NCBI RefSeq assembly: GCF_009914755.1
Contig: NC_060935.1
Strand: one strand, 5' to 3'
Length of the DNA stretch: 64,000 nucleotides
Source: the human T2T-CHM13v2.0 reference genome, Homo sapiens
In this document: in pieces, positions 41,182 through 55,182 of the stretch
Numbering within the stretch: position 1 is the first letter of the stretch
Layout: every line of letters starts with the position of its first letter
The notes under the pieces: model-generated
Databases searched by the model: none
The model's input: only the letters and a program-made list of their open reading frames with translations
What the model was told of the DNA's origin: nothing
Program-made: the position numbers and the translations under genes

Positions 41182-41980
41182 TCCTCAAAGATAAGAAGTT
41201 GGTGTTCAGCTTAGTTGATTCAGTAGTTGTTACCAAGAAACATATGTTATAGGAAAACAACTTGGTATTTAAGTATGAAGTGGATGAAATGTTTATTTAT
41301 TTAAGGTGAAAGCATTTGACCCAGGGTGTCTTCATCTTCAATTTGGGTTTAATGTTATAGAAATAAATGATGATAAACTCTAACTAATAAAGGAAAGAGA
41401 ATATTTGGTTACTCAGATCCATTTTTAACCTCTGGTGCTGTATAAAGGGAATATTAAACTAGATGTAAATCAAAGTATATGTTTGGCTCATTTGAGCATT
41501 TTGGAATATTTGAGAATGTATGATACATGTAAAATTAAAAAAACTATTAGAACTGTACCATAATTATGTTGAAGGTAGAAGTGATCTTCAAAGAGATGGC
41601 CATTAACTTAGCAGTGGGACCTCACTTTTACAAGCACTGCTCTAGATATACTTGAAGAATTTAATAGGTACAGAAGTTTATTCTGGATAATAAATAAATA
41701 AGGATCACACTGTATTAGGGGTTATGGCAACATTATTGAATTTTTTATGTACATAAAGCCATATGTTTAGGGTGGTTTCTATCTGTCTTGTTTTTCACTT
41801 ATATAACACTGTGAACTTCTAAAGAAAGAGGATAAAAGAAGCATGAATGAAAAGAATGACATTTCAAAAAAATGGTTCAATGAAAAACTATAGCTAAAAT
41901 ATGTAAACCTTTCTAGGTAAACCGCTTGCCTTCATCTTGAGTCGGAATATATTTAAATAAATTGTGTTATCTCTTGCCAA
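41182..41980 (+). other. PDHX: PDHX 3' UTR (end approximate)
   Basis: Repeat-free AU-rich sequence after the stop codon, up to the AATAAA at 41956 and its downstream GU/U-rich element. Confidence 0.7.
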
Positions 41981-42000
41981 ACATTTTGTTAGTGTTTATT
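41956..42000 (+). terminator. Likely main polyadenylation signal (AATAAA, CA cleavage site, GU/U-rich downstream element)
   Basis: AATAAA at 41956-41961, CA at about 41978, then ttttgttagtgtttatt. Other AATAAA copies at 41362, 41386, 41689/41693 and 42114. Confidence 0.65.
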
Positions 42001-42740
42001 TAAAAACAAAATGTTGTTTCTTAATGCATTTAAATCAGTTTTGTATTGTGCAGTAAAATGTGAGAAAATACAAACATTTCTATTGTATTTTAAATGTTAA
42101 AACACAAAAGTTCAATAAACCTTGAAGTTGATTAGTAGTTTTTCTAGAACACCTTTAAAAGGGCTCTACAGGAGGAAAGACGGAATTTAAAATTAGTATG
42201 ACATTAGGAAAGTAACTGATAGGAAATGTAAAACTTTGGAAAGAGAATAGAAGACTTATGAAGCCCAACAGATGAGAACTATCCTTTTTATTTCACTAAT
42301 ATGAAATTTTCACTAATTATTATAAAGTTTAGAAGAGTTTGTTTCTCTCTTTTGGCAGCTCTGCTATAACTGTCAAGATAACTATATTTAAGTTGGATGG
42401 TAATGAATGGTAATTTAATTAACTTGTCACAAAAAGGTTTATGTTAGTGTCAGCTGACATGAATCAATAGAAGAAAGGCTAATATAGTACAAGTTGTATG
42501 GTATGACATGATGAATTATAAACCCTAACAGAAGAGCCTTCTAAAATAATTAGCACCCTGGTGTATTAATTGTTAAGAAAATGCTTAATCCAACTATCCA
42601 ACTCAGTTTAACAAGCCATTTAAAAAAAATAGTCTTCAAAACTTTTGTCATATTAACAGTTACACTGAAAATTATAACCAAAGGCTATTTTCAAAATAAT
42701 TTTTATGTTACATTATTTCCAAGGTCAGTTTTAATCGAAA

Positions 42741-43056
42741 TTATTATTATTATTACTACTTTTTCTTGAGATGGGGTCTTGCTCTGTGGCCCAGGCTGTA
42801 GTGCAGTGCTGGGATCACAGATCACTGCAACCTCGACCTCCTAGGCTCAAGTGATCCTCCTCCCTCAGCCTCCCGAGTAGCTAAGGACTAAAGGCATGCA
42901 CCATCATGCCTGGCTAATTTTTCTATTTTTTTTTTTTAGAGACAGGGTCTTGCCATGTTGCTCAGGCTGGTCCCAAACTCCTGGGCTCAAGTAGTCGACC
43001 CACCTTGGCCTCGCAAAGTGCTGGGATTACACAGGCATGAGCTACTGTGCTAGGCC
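42741..43056 (-). mobile_element. AluJ with (TAT)n tail
   Basis: Antisense dimer. Confidence 0.92.
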
Positions 43057-46000
43057 GTTGTTTTTGTTGTGGTTGTTGTTTGTTTGTTCATTTTAATTTT
43101 TATATCTGAGGAACAGAACATGATGAGGCAGCCATAAATAAGCCTGACTCAGAGTTCTGCTTTTCATGAACTGACGTACATAAGCAGTAGTGCATCTGTT
43201 TCCCTATAGGTGAAATGGGCATTAATATTTACTCAGCCTGCCTTAGAGAGTTGAACTGTACAAGGGAAATCGCTGTATAAATTTAAGATGTTTTAATTCA
43301 TGGACCTCACAACCAGGCTTTTCATATAATCACCTGCCTCTCATGGTTTGACTTCTCAGCTTCTGGTACAAATGCTTGTTCATTCTGACCAAAAATATTG
43401 TCTCTGGTATTTCTATACTGATGAGGTGGTTTAGATTAAGGAAGTTTTCATTTCTAAAAAGAATTTTGTTGTAGTTTGAGATCAAAGAATAACACTGAGA
43501 AAGGAGTATGGTATACTTGGTTTGAACTGTGTGCTACACTACCAGGCCCCTTCCACATTATACTACTAATTTATTTAAAATAGATAGGTATCACACTGAG
43601 AGGATATAAAAAAAATTTCTGCCTCTTCATTTTTGTTTCTTGTTTGAACAGAAAAAATGACCAAAATATTGGGAGTACTTCTAAGGAAAAGGCAACACAC
43701 ATTCCAGTTAACACTTGGATGTGAAAATATCAATGAATATTAGAATTTATAAGTCAAACTGGCTCTGCTCGCTGATTGCAATTTTTAGTTACATTCACTA
43801 TTTTGTGCTAAATTTAAGTCATTGGTATACGACTGGCCAGAGTCCTTGGTTTTAAACATTACTGAGAACTTTATATATACTCTTAATGGGTATTTTATAT
43901 AATGTCGAATGAAACTTTTATTTTTAGATTTTTAAAAAATATTTTGCACTTTGGACTTAATTTTACACTAAATTGTATCAGCCAGCCTAAGGGCATTATG
44001 CTAAATGTAAATCTAGTTCTTGGTTAAGCTTTTATTGAAAGATAGGTGGTGCTGTAAGTTAATATATTGTAGTGAAAGTGTGGGAGAAAAGTTAAATTGG
44101 CACTTAAATCTTAGTTTTCAAGGAAAACGTGTCCCGCACATACTGCATTATGATGGACTTTGTCTCAGGTGAAGTGAAGAAGTGAAAGAATCAAGTGTAT
44201 GGCCGGTAAGAATTAACCATTAATTTAAATGGGATGCTATTAGTGGGAAATTTTTACTGATTTTTGAAGAAGGAAGTAACAGTGCAGATTTACTTTTATC
44301 AGTCTGGCCATAATGTGCAAGTCAGTAGGTCAAAACAGGGAGAGGATAGCAGTCATCAGAAAAGAACTGGAAGATTTTGCCATAATGAAAGTATAAGTTG
44401 ATTAGGATCTGCACTAGGTCAGTGTCTTTAAAGAAGGAGGAAATGGGTAAAAGTTGGCATGTTACCATGCTATGAGGTGTCTTATGAATATATGGGGTAG
44501 ATGTATTCAGTCAGATAATGCAGGAACAGTGATAGAATTTCCCATCCAAAACACTAGTCCTCCATGGCTCACGTTCACCAATATGAAAACGAATAAGATT
44601 CCAGTAAGTTATGTACAGCAAATAGTGTATTTCAGTAGACATTTAAACTTTTTGTGAATGGAAAAGGCAATAGTCTTTCTATAAAATCCTTTTACATAGT
44701 TTTATATTACAAAAATGTGTGTGTGTCTCCATTGGTTTCAGGAGATGGGGGGCAAACAGGGTTGGAGGGAGGATATGGTTTGTCTAGACTTGTAATATTG
44801 AAACACCATTTAATTGAAACTGTAAGGTTTACAGATGTATTTTGAAAAATTATTAGCCTCTCAATAGCAGTCTTTTGTTTCTTTGATCATATAAATTCTA
44901 TTTTCACATTTTATCCGTATCTTTGCTTTTTTTGCAACAAGTCCAAGCAGCTTTCTTCCTGGGAAAATGAATGTTTTGTGAATCTCTCAGTTTAACCTCT
45001 GTTGTATGATACATACCATTAAGGAAAATGGGTTTTCATTAAAAGTTGAGAAACTTTTAGCAAAATCATTAATTAGTCATGATTTGCTTTTTTTAATACC
45101 TAAAATGTATATTTTAAAATTTCTTAGTTTATGAAATTCTGTTACTCCTATTACTAAAAGATGAGCCTTTTAAATATAAGACTCTTGTGATCAAGTGGAA
45201 TAACATTGATTATATCACTTTATAAAGCATAAAGTATTATGGAAATGTAAGATGTTAAATTTAAATTTTTAATCTCATAAATTGCACTTAGTAGCTCATC
45301 AGTCTGATGGGGAATGGTATATCAGGAACTTATAAGATGGTACTTAATACCATAACTTAAGTTATTCTTCCCAGTGGAACTACTGGTGATTGTATGTAAC
45401 TTTGTTTCCCAAGTTTGCATACTCTTAAAATCAAGACTTTTAAGGCTAGTTTCAGCTTTAGAAGTTACTGCGCTCTTGGCAAAACCTTATTTCTGTGCCT
45501 CAGTATTCTTACCTATAAAATGAGGAAGCAAGGGGGAAAATTAATCACTGTACTGGTTGCTTATCTTTTTTAATTTCTTCAGTTATAGGCAGGAAGTGTA
45601 TGCTACTTATCAATCATCATGGATGATGTAACATTTACCTCCCGCATAGAATCTCAGAGATTACACATACAAATTCAGAGATTATGTAAATTGGCCAAAG
45701 CTCAAAAGTACGACAACTGGGATTTGAACCAAGATCTGTGCAGCACCAAAGCTCAAGCTCACTGCATTGCAATATACACCTTCTAAGTTGTGCTGCTGCG
45801 GCTGAAAGTTCTGTATGCAAAGAGTATTTTCCACCTATGGTAACTGAAGTTCCTGAGTTCCTGTTCTTCTGTATTAAAGCTAATGTGTTTACGACCTAAC
45901 CACTTTTAAAATTAATTCATATTTTCTCTGTAGTGGCTCTCTTTGTGCCTTTCTAGTGTGCAGAAAGTACTGAGGGATTTTTTGTTGTTGTTTTTTCATT

Positions 46001-48090
46001 ATGGACAGCTCTTAACCTGAAGTAACTAATGTTAAGTGTCATCACTTGTACCTCTAAGTAGAAAAATAGAAGCTGATGGGGCTTAGTGCCTCTAGGTATA
46101 AAAAAAAAAATGACCTAGAAGCTGCTACTTTCAATAAATAGGTTGATTCTTGTCCCAGTTAAGACCAAAAGTGGTTACCTTAGTTTTCATTTCTGAGGCC
46201 TCAGGCTTCTATATTGATTACTGTATCAGTCATGGTCTAATCAGTTAGGGTTCAGTAGTTTATGGTGGAGAAGTTCATTGGGTCGCCAGGTTGGGTCTGT
46301 TCATAGTTGTCCAGTGAAGGGGAAGCAACCATCCAGGGCACACGTAAGCCTCAGCTGGCACGCTGAGGGTCAGGGTACCACTGCGGCCTGGGGTATGTGG
46401 TGTCTGTTGAGAAGACCATGCAAAGGTATTGATAAGGCCAAGCTGGGGCTGCTATTCTGGGCAAAAGGCAGGGTCAAAGCACCACTGGATGTCCACCATT
46501 TTGAAGCTGAGAAACAGTAAATTAATAACTAGCACAAAGCCCAACCTGAGGCTGGGAAATAAAATGTAATCTTATAATTGGGAATAATACCAGATGATAG
46601 GATAGCTTAGTAAGGTATAGCAGTCTATATTAGAACTGTTTTGTGGGTAGAAATCTATCTAAGCTAGAGATATTATTTTGAAAATACTGTCACTGTTTTA
46701 AGTAAATTACCTGATTTGCTGGGTGAGACATTTACTAAAATGTAAAGCAAAAGTAAAATGTTGAAATATATTATGCATTCAACAGTTGTGAATATCTGCT
46801 GTGCATAGCTAACAGCCTTTACCCTCAATCAATTTAAACTATAGGTAAGTGATATTTACATGCCCAAACATAATTCAGCAGATTCTATAATCAAAGCATG
46901 TGCATAGTTGAGAAGATGGCTTCATTGACTAGGTGACATTTGAACCAGCTTTTTGCATTACTGAGTATAACCCACCCCACTTTTTGTCTGGTTTCCCTAA
47001 TTTCAGTAATCAAATATTTAACACCCAAATACATAAATTCATCAGTTCATTTTTCCAGGACCTTGGCTCAATACCTGTGTGTACATATCACAACAATAAC
47101 TAATTCCCACAAAGCCTAGAAACTTTTAGTTGGAAGGAAAATTACTCATATGGCATGTTAGTTGTACAGAGAAAGTTTTATTTACACCCTACTATTCGCA
47201 AAGAAAATATTCTTTGTTAAGTCATCCATCCTAAAGAAAGATGAGGAATAGACACTTACCGTTGTCTAATCAAAATGTATTTTAATTCTTCAACTCTCCT
47301 ACCTCTTCCCTGGCCCCTGCTTTTTTTGAAGGTGTCCTGTGTGTGCAAATGCATCTTTACATATCTTGACGCTCATTGTTTTGTTCTCAAGGGGATCATC
47401 TGTTAAATTTATTTTCAGAGAATCATAAGCATCTTTGGACTCTCGAGCTAACTTGCAAAACTATAGGAGTGAGTGAAAATCAAATATTATTTTTAACATT
47501 CAGTATTTTTAATGCTAAAAATCAAGTTAATATGCTCTTTATTAGTTCAAAATGAATGTTTGAGGTGTGGAAGCCAACTTACTCACCTGCTAGTACCATG
47601 TAGCTCTTCATGAATTGCATAGCTCCCACAGTTAAGTAGATTTTATTACTTACTAAATACCTTATGTTATTTGTGGGCATTTCATTTTGACACCAAATTG
47701 TCTATTATTGGTAAATTAATAAGAAAGTATTCTGCCTTAACCTGTTAAATACTAGTTAGAATGTCATGATGAGTTTCAGGTATTCTCTTTATACTTTCAA
47801 TGTTTGATACAACTTTAGAAGAATGAGAATGGACACTTTTGTCGATGTACCTATTTTGAGAGCAAACGCTAATCCCGCCTTTAAAAATGTGCAATTTTAG
47901 CCATTTTTACTGGAGAATGCTGGAAGTCATTATTCCTATGAACTGAGAATACGGGAGACTATGACTTGGACAAAATGGAAACTCAAGATTCAGTGGGGTA
48001 CAGGGCTTTTGTGTGTTTGTTTTTGTTTTCTCATTTCGCAAATGAGTCCTTGCAACTTTGGAAAATATTGAGAGTAATAGCTTCATAAAG

Positions 48091-48376
48091 TTTTTTTTTT
48101 TTTTTTTTTTTTTGAGATGGAGTCTCCCTCTGTTGCCCAGGCTGGAGTGCAGTGGCACGATCTCGGCTCACTGCAACCTCCGTTTTCCAGCTTAAGCGAT
48201 TCTTCTGCCTCAGCCTCCCGAGTAGCTGGTACTACAGGCATGTGCCAATTTTTATTTTTAGTAGAAACAGGGTTTCACCATATTGACCAGGCTGGTCTCA
48301 AACTCCTTACCTCGTGATCTGCCCACCTTGGCCTCCCAAAGTGCTGGGATTACAGGCGTGAGCCACCGCGCCCAGG
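48091..48376 (-). mobile_element. AluS (short deletion near the middle linker)
   Basis: T23 tail; antisense dimer. Confidence 0.93.
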
Positions 48377-48385
48377 CTTTTTAAA

Positions 48386-48693
48386 TTTTTTTCTTTTTTT
48401 TTTTTTTTTTGAGACAGGGTCTCTCTCTGTTGCCTAGGCTGGAGTGCAGTGACGTGATCATAGCTCCACTGCAGCCTCCAACTCCTGGGCTTAGGAGATT
48501 CTCCCACCTCAGCCTCCTGATAGCTGGGACTACAAGTGCGTACCATCACGCCTGGCAAGTTTTTAAAATTTTTTGTAGAGATGAGGTCTTGCTATGTTGC
48601 CCAGGCTGGTCTCGAACTCCTGACCTCAAGCAATCCTCCTGCCTTGGCCTCCCAAAGTGCTGGGATTACAGGCATGAGCCACCATGACCAGCT
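48386..48693 (-). mobile_element. AluJ, tandem with the preceding Alu
   Basis: Antisense dimer about 10 nt from the previous Alu. Confidence 0.92.
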
Positions 48694-50614
48694 GTAAAAA
48701 GTCTTAAAAATGGAAAAACTGGTAAACATAGATTAATAAGTATTTTACTTGGGAAATTATAGGACTTTTTCTAGGTAGATATTTTTATAGTTATCTAATT
48801 ACTTGGTTCTCATTAAGTAGATAAAGACCTTTTCTTCAAATTATACATATGTTGACCATGAAAATATAATATACTAATAGCTAACTTACTGTATTCCAGA
48901 CATTGTTTTGAATACTTTATACATATTATTAACTCATTAAGTCTTCACCAAAACCCAATAAGATAGGTTGTGTTATCAGTATTTCACAGAAAGGTATTAG
49001 TATTATCAATATTTCACAGAAGGTTCATTAAGTAACTTAAATCTGAGATTACACAGCTAATAAGTAGCAGTGACCGTATTTCAAGGCAGGCAGCCTGGCC
49101 CCAGAGCCTCACAAGTCTCCTTTCTAAAAACATCTATTTCTTAGGAAATTTTGGAGTTCAGCACATTAAAAAGATTTTTATAAGTTGGGTAATAGTTCTC
49201 TTTTGATATAGTGAACACAGCCTGTTGAACTTCTCGGGAGCATCTTCTACAGGGGTTGCACATGCCATAGAAATAAGTCTGTGGCTAAAACCACAGTAAT
49301 TTGACATTTGGTTTCCTTTAGATTTTAATATTAATGTATAGTGTATTCCTTCAACCTTCTGATTCATGAAGGGGTGGTAGCTGGTGTGAATTAATTAAGA
49401 GTCAAACAGGAAAATAATACCTCAATGTTCTTATTTAAAGGGCATGTTATTGGGTGATGACCAAAGAGTTCTTTAGTTTTGGTCTGGGATGACAAGTTAC
49501 AGAGGAGGAAAAGTAATAAATTTTTAAAAAGAAAATGTAATAAATGTCTTTGTGGTTGAAAGTACATGTTCTTTCTATGCAGTTAGCAGAGCTTGGGAGG
49601 TAGAAGTACCTCCTTGGTTTTCCCCAGATTATTTTGCAAGTTTAAAGTATGTCACTTGTTCCCTCATCCTTACTATCACCAACACAATTATTTTGTACAG
49701 TATTAACACAAGGCTCACACCTTGTAAGGATGACAGGCTGATTGGATTTCTCACTCTTCCCTGCTCCAACCCTTTCAATGAGTCAGTCTGACCCCCACCA
49801 AATGCATTCCTTTTTTAAGGGACTGGGGGAATCTTGCTGGAGTGTTCTGTGCCTAGCTGTCAAAAACATACTCGATTAAGTAAAAGCACTATTTGTCAAG
49901 ACTAGCCCATAACATTATGCTTTTTTGTAAAATGTTCTGAGGCCAGTTTCCCTTTTATGGTGGGTGGATATGTGAACATTTTATGCTCGTAGCATTGACT
50001 CATTTCTTATTTGGAGACCAGATAAGTCATCTTGTATATTTATTTTTTATGATACGGTAAATAAGACATTCAAAAGCAACTAACCTGAAGCCTCCTTTTA
50101 AAAATATCCCCCAGTTGTGTTTTTTCATAAATGAAAAATTGCACTCCCTTTAATTGGGGAATGACTTTTTACCTAAGGTTTCTACCTTATGATACTCAGA
50201 TAACAGATATTTGGTGGACTTTTGCTTTTTTCAAGAGAAAAATTATTAAGGAGAACATGCAGGGGGGAATAAGACTAACAACATGGAAAATACTCATGGT
50301 ATGTTTCATGAAAAATATAGAACATAAATTTCGTGGAAGTATGTAGAAAAATTGAATAGGTACGTGCACAGGAGCTCAAGAATAATATGGTCAGTCAGTC
50401 ATCTGATTTGATGAGAGACAGAGCTGGCCATTTAAAAAGAAAATGTAAAGTTTCACTGCATTTTTTTTTCCTGCACTGAAGGACACTCCTTAGTGGTTAG
50501 TGTTGATTATTAGCATTGGCCTAAAGACCAAACAACACCATTGAGTAACAGGATTTTTCAAGATTCCATGTATTTGTCTGGTATTTGGGTTTTATTTCAC
50601 TTTACAAAGATTTT

Positions 50615-51054
50615 CTTTTTTGTTGTTCTTGTTGTTTTATTATACTTTAAGTTCTGGGATACACGTGCAGAACGTTCAGGTTTGTTACATATGTATACAC
50701 TTGCCATGTTGGTTTGCCACACCCATCAACCTGTCATCTACATTAGGTATTTCTCCTAATGCTATCCCTCCCCTAGCCCCCCACCCCCCAACAGGCCCTG
50801 GTGTGTGATGTTCCCCTCCCTGCGTTCATGTGTTCTCATTGTTCAACTCCCACTTATGAGTGAGAACATGCCGTATTTGGTTTTCTGTTCCTGTGTTAGT
50901 TTGCTGAGAATGCTGGTTTCCAGCTTCATCCAAGTCCCTGCAAAGGACATGAACTCATCCTTTTTTGTGGCTGCAAAGTATTCCATGGTGTATATGTGCC
51001 ACATTTTCTTTATCCAGTCTATTATTGATGGGCATTTGGGTTGGTTCCAAGTCT
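50615..51054 (-). mobile_element. 5'-truncated L1PA (PA6/PA7-like) 3' end, about 440 bp
   Basis: L1PA 3' UTR (tatactttaagttctgggatac...). Approximate TSD TACAAAGAT..TTTC at 50603-50615 and 51054-51068. Confidence 0.9.
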
Positions 51055-51610
51055 ACAAAGATGTTTTCAAATACAAGTATTGATGATTTTAAAGTAATTG
51101 TACGCAAAGCTGTGATGTTCATGTGTACTCCATTTGGTGGAAGGCAGAAATGCTCACTGATCTTTTGTTATGTACCCCCAAACATGTACGAGATCCGACC
51201 AGGAAGCAAGAGAAACTGCTTTTGTTCCCTGCTTCTCCCCCATTGCCCCCAAGGAGCCATCTGATGTGGACTCATTAAAAGGGAGAATATTTATTAGGCT
51301 ACAGTGCCAAGTCTGCCATCTGTTATTATTGCTCTCAGCTTTTCCACATGGCAGGTGTGGTCACATCAGCCTCAAGCCATTCCTACTTGAGAGGCAGCCT
51401 TCTTAGGAAGGGCTGGATTAGGCAGATTAAATTATCTGCCTTAGATCTTAGGGAATATTTCTTTTCCTTTTGATTTAATTGTACAAAGGTTTCTATTCTT
51501 TGTTTTCTTCTTGACAGGAGAATGGTAAACTAAAGGGCTGAGATAAGGGTGTGAACCTATGGGATAGAAGCCCAGGAGGCTGTTTAACCTGTTTCTGTTC
51601 TTGGCTTAAG

Positions 51611-52486
51611 CAGTGGTGTGCCGGTAAATGTTTAACAACCAGCTCTTTGGAGAAGAAATGCATATGGATATATAACCAATTATAAGTCTGTTATAAATTT
51701 TACTGATTTACAAGGAGTAAAATATATGACTTACTAAGAACTATAGAACATACAATACTCCTTATTGTATGTTATCACGGAATGCTTTACCTGATTTTAT
51801 AGAACGCTTTTATTTGCAGCCAAACTATGATTGCAGTTGATGAATAAGTAGGTTACTGACCTAAATGTTGGTTGACATTTTCCTTTACACAAAAGAATAA
51901 GATAAAAGTTAAAACAACAGTGACACAGAAGTTTACATGTTTGTCCATGAAGAGAGTACTTTCTCTACTGAATCAGATAATTTTCAAATACTGGAATATT
52001 TTCTCAAATTTTGTGCTATTCATAGTGTACCAACTACAAACATGACATTTTTAAGTTTAATCTGCATTATTTACATTTTTCTCTATTATTTTCTTAAGTC
52101 TAGAGACAATCCACAATAAATCAATCCCTGATTTGTAGTATTTGCTGATTTCGGTGGTATAAATGCTCTGATTTCAAGCTTCCAATGTAATGTTACTGAG
52201 TGTAGAATTAGGAAGAGATGCATAGCTCTGCATTATTACATAGTATTTCCACCATTAAAGATACAATAGAGGTAAAAACCTCAAGAACATAGATAATAGT
52301 AAATGAATAGGAAGTGGTGAGCTTTGGGTATTTATTATCTTTGCTTCCGGTATAATTTATTGAATCCTAAGCTTATATAATTTAGCTTTCAGTAATAGCT
52401 GTGTTTAATAATCAGCTTGCAAAGTTCTTAAAAGTTTAACAATCAGCTCTCACGAGCTGGTACAAGCCAGCTTCAGCACACCACTG
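51611..52486 (-). mobile_element. MER63 (C/D-like) hAT-Blackjack DNA transposon with both ends
   Basis: TIR CAGTGGTGTGC ... GCACACCACTG; 8-bp TSD GGCTTAAG / GCCTTAGG (6/8). Confidence 0.85.
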
Positions 52487-54887
52487 GCCTTAGGCATTCC
52501 AATGGCAGTGGTGGTGGGGGTCGGGGGAGACATACGCCAATATGCCATGCTTTTTAAAATATGAAACCCAGGGCCCCACTCCTGGAAATGAGTCTAAGGT
52601 GAGACATCAGGGTTTGAGGTCGGAGCTCCATTAACAACCTCTCTTTGCCAGGTCTTGTTCTCTGCTCATCTCCTTTGGGACCTCATGGGGTAGAGGGTGG
52701 AATGGGGGTTTGAGGTGGGAAAGAGTTCATGTGCTCTAGATCCTGGGGCTCAGCCACTTTTTTCACTACTGCTAACTTGGGGTACTGGCCCAGCCCCCTT
52801 GACATCCTGCGGATATCTTGCTATCCTACGGAAGTGGAAATCAACCCAATTTCTCAGTTCCTAACCAGAAATTAGACTCCTAGAGACCACTGAGAAAGCA
52901 GAACTGAATATGAAAGGCTGTGGGCTAGTTAGTTGGGACCATGAAATCTTTTGCTGGGGCTGGCTGCTGATTCATGGGGGAACTTTTCTGTCTCAGTAGC
53001 CCACATGCTCAAATATCGTTGTTAAGTAAAGCTTAAGGGCAAAGCGTGATGGCCTCTTGTGTTGGTGTAAAGCTTACTCAACAAATGAAAAAGAATGGTG
53101 GCCTCCATCATTTTTTGAAATTAGTCCATGAAAACCTGAACTTAGAACACATGAAATAAGGAATGATGTTATTTTTTAAAAGGGCTTTTGCTTTACAAAA
53201 AGACTCACAGTTACTTAGAAAATGCCCCTCAGGTAATTTTAAATGGTGCTTACAAAATCCTCATTTATATATATATATATATTTGCAGAAATACATATAT
53301 TACATTAAACCTATATTCATTGAACAGTACCCAGAGTCTCTTGCATTATCACTGTAAAACGGAAATGTGACCCTAATTGAGGGGACCTGAGGAGGTTGCA
53401 TACTAGCATAAGGGTATGTTCAGGACAGTAAACACAAGAACTTCTTTTCTTCTCTTTTGCTAGGCTGAGAGTCAACTGTGGGCATCGTGACTGAGCAAGT
53501 AATTTTGAAACTATTTGGTAGTCTCTGTAACACCTCCTGGACAATAAAGTCACTAATGAAAATTGAGGTGTCTTAGCTTGAGTGAAAGTGTTAAAGCTTT
53601 TTCAAATGCCTGAAAAAACCATCATAAAACATACATGTGAGGGAAAAGACAGTGGGTTGTCATGGAACAGGAAAGCCATGAAATCAGATAAAGCAAAAGT
53701 ACCATGCACTTAGAAAATTCTGTTATTATTTATTAGTTAAATTGGCCCAGAATTCCTTGTGGAAAAATTAAAAGGCTAATGTCCACAGGAAAAGAAAAAA
53801 AAAAAGAATTGTTCAGGGATTATTAGGAATCCAGTTGTTTTCCTGAGCAGTTTCCAAATCCTGCAGATACAAACAATAATAAGAGATGATTAGGGCATTA
53901 CTTGAGCTTTTTTTTTTTTTTAAAGAGTAAAGACATTTCCACTTGAAAGCTTCCATAAGTTCTGTGAATGCATGATTTCAAAGACAGAATGTCTAACTTG
54001 ATTTCACAGACTCTTCTTGGCCATGGTAAACAGGTTAGAAACAGGCATGTGATTTGTTTTATTAATTTGCCACTGCCTCATATCTGCGCTTAGACAATTT
54101 GTACCTTTGTATTTTAGTGTCTCCAACTTGGAAATGTGTAATATTCTGTACAGTAACGTTTTCATGGAATACAGGGAACCAGTGGATCTTTTGACTTCTT
54201 GTACCATGTCTCCCACCTCTTCCCCTACTCCCTGTACTTGACATGTCACATGTGGGGTCTGCTGACCTGTGTCTCTGCCTCTGCACTTACTGTTGTCCCA
54301 TCTCCAACTGCCATTTACACTTCCCTGTACCATCTGGATCCCTCATTTTATGACCCTAGGCAAAGAGATCCTGTTCCAGGAAGGCTTCTAGGATGATTAG
54401 TACCCTTTCACCTTCTGCAGACCAGAATATGCAACAAGCACAGCGATCTTGGAGAGCTTGGAGAAGGTCATGGCTCTAAGTGTCCTGGAGAGGTAGACTG
54501 GCTTCAGGAATTGGTGATAAGCCTGAACTAGTTTTCCGGTGCTCTGTGTGCTATTGCTGGGGCCAAGAAGCAATATTAGATGAAGCAAACGGGGACACAG
54601 AATCTTACTTTTAGGAAAGTAGCATGAATTTTGTCCTTTCATACATGATACAATGCTATATTACGATTCCTCGCTGTAGCTCGGAATTGGTAGCTCCTCT
54701 ACTTTAAGGTAAAGCTAAAATTTCTTAGCCCGAGGAACAAAATCCTTCATGATCTGGCCATGACTCTTTAATTATGTCCTTTGCTGTATCCACATCAACC
54801 CATCCATTGTTTGGACTCCCCCAAAATGACAGCTACTTGTATTTTAAGGTTCAGGTCAAGCATAACCTCTTCTTGGCTCTTGGATGG

Positions 54888-55182
54888 GTTTTGTTTGAGA
54901 CAGAGTCTCCCTCTGTTGCCCAGACTGGAGTGCATGGCATGATCTTGGCTCGGTGCAACCTCCACCTCCCGGGGGGTTCAAGCGATTCTCCTGCCTCAGC
55001 CTCCCGAGTAGCTGAGACTGCAGGCGTACGCCAACATAACTGGCTAATTTTTTGGTATTTTTAGTAGAGATGGGTTTTCACCATGTTAGCCAGGCTGGTC
55101 TTGAACTCCTGACCTCAGGCAATCCGCCCACCTCAGCCTCCCAAAGTGCTGGGATTACAGGCATGAGCTACTGTGCCCAGCC
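54888..55182 (-). mobile_element. AluSx-like
   Basis: Antisense dimer; TTGGATG(G/A)GTTTT duplicated at the flanks. Confidence 0.94.
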
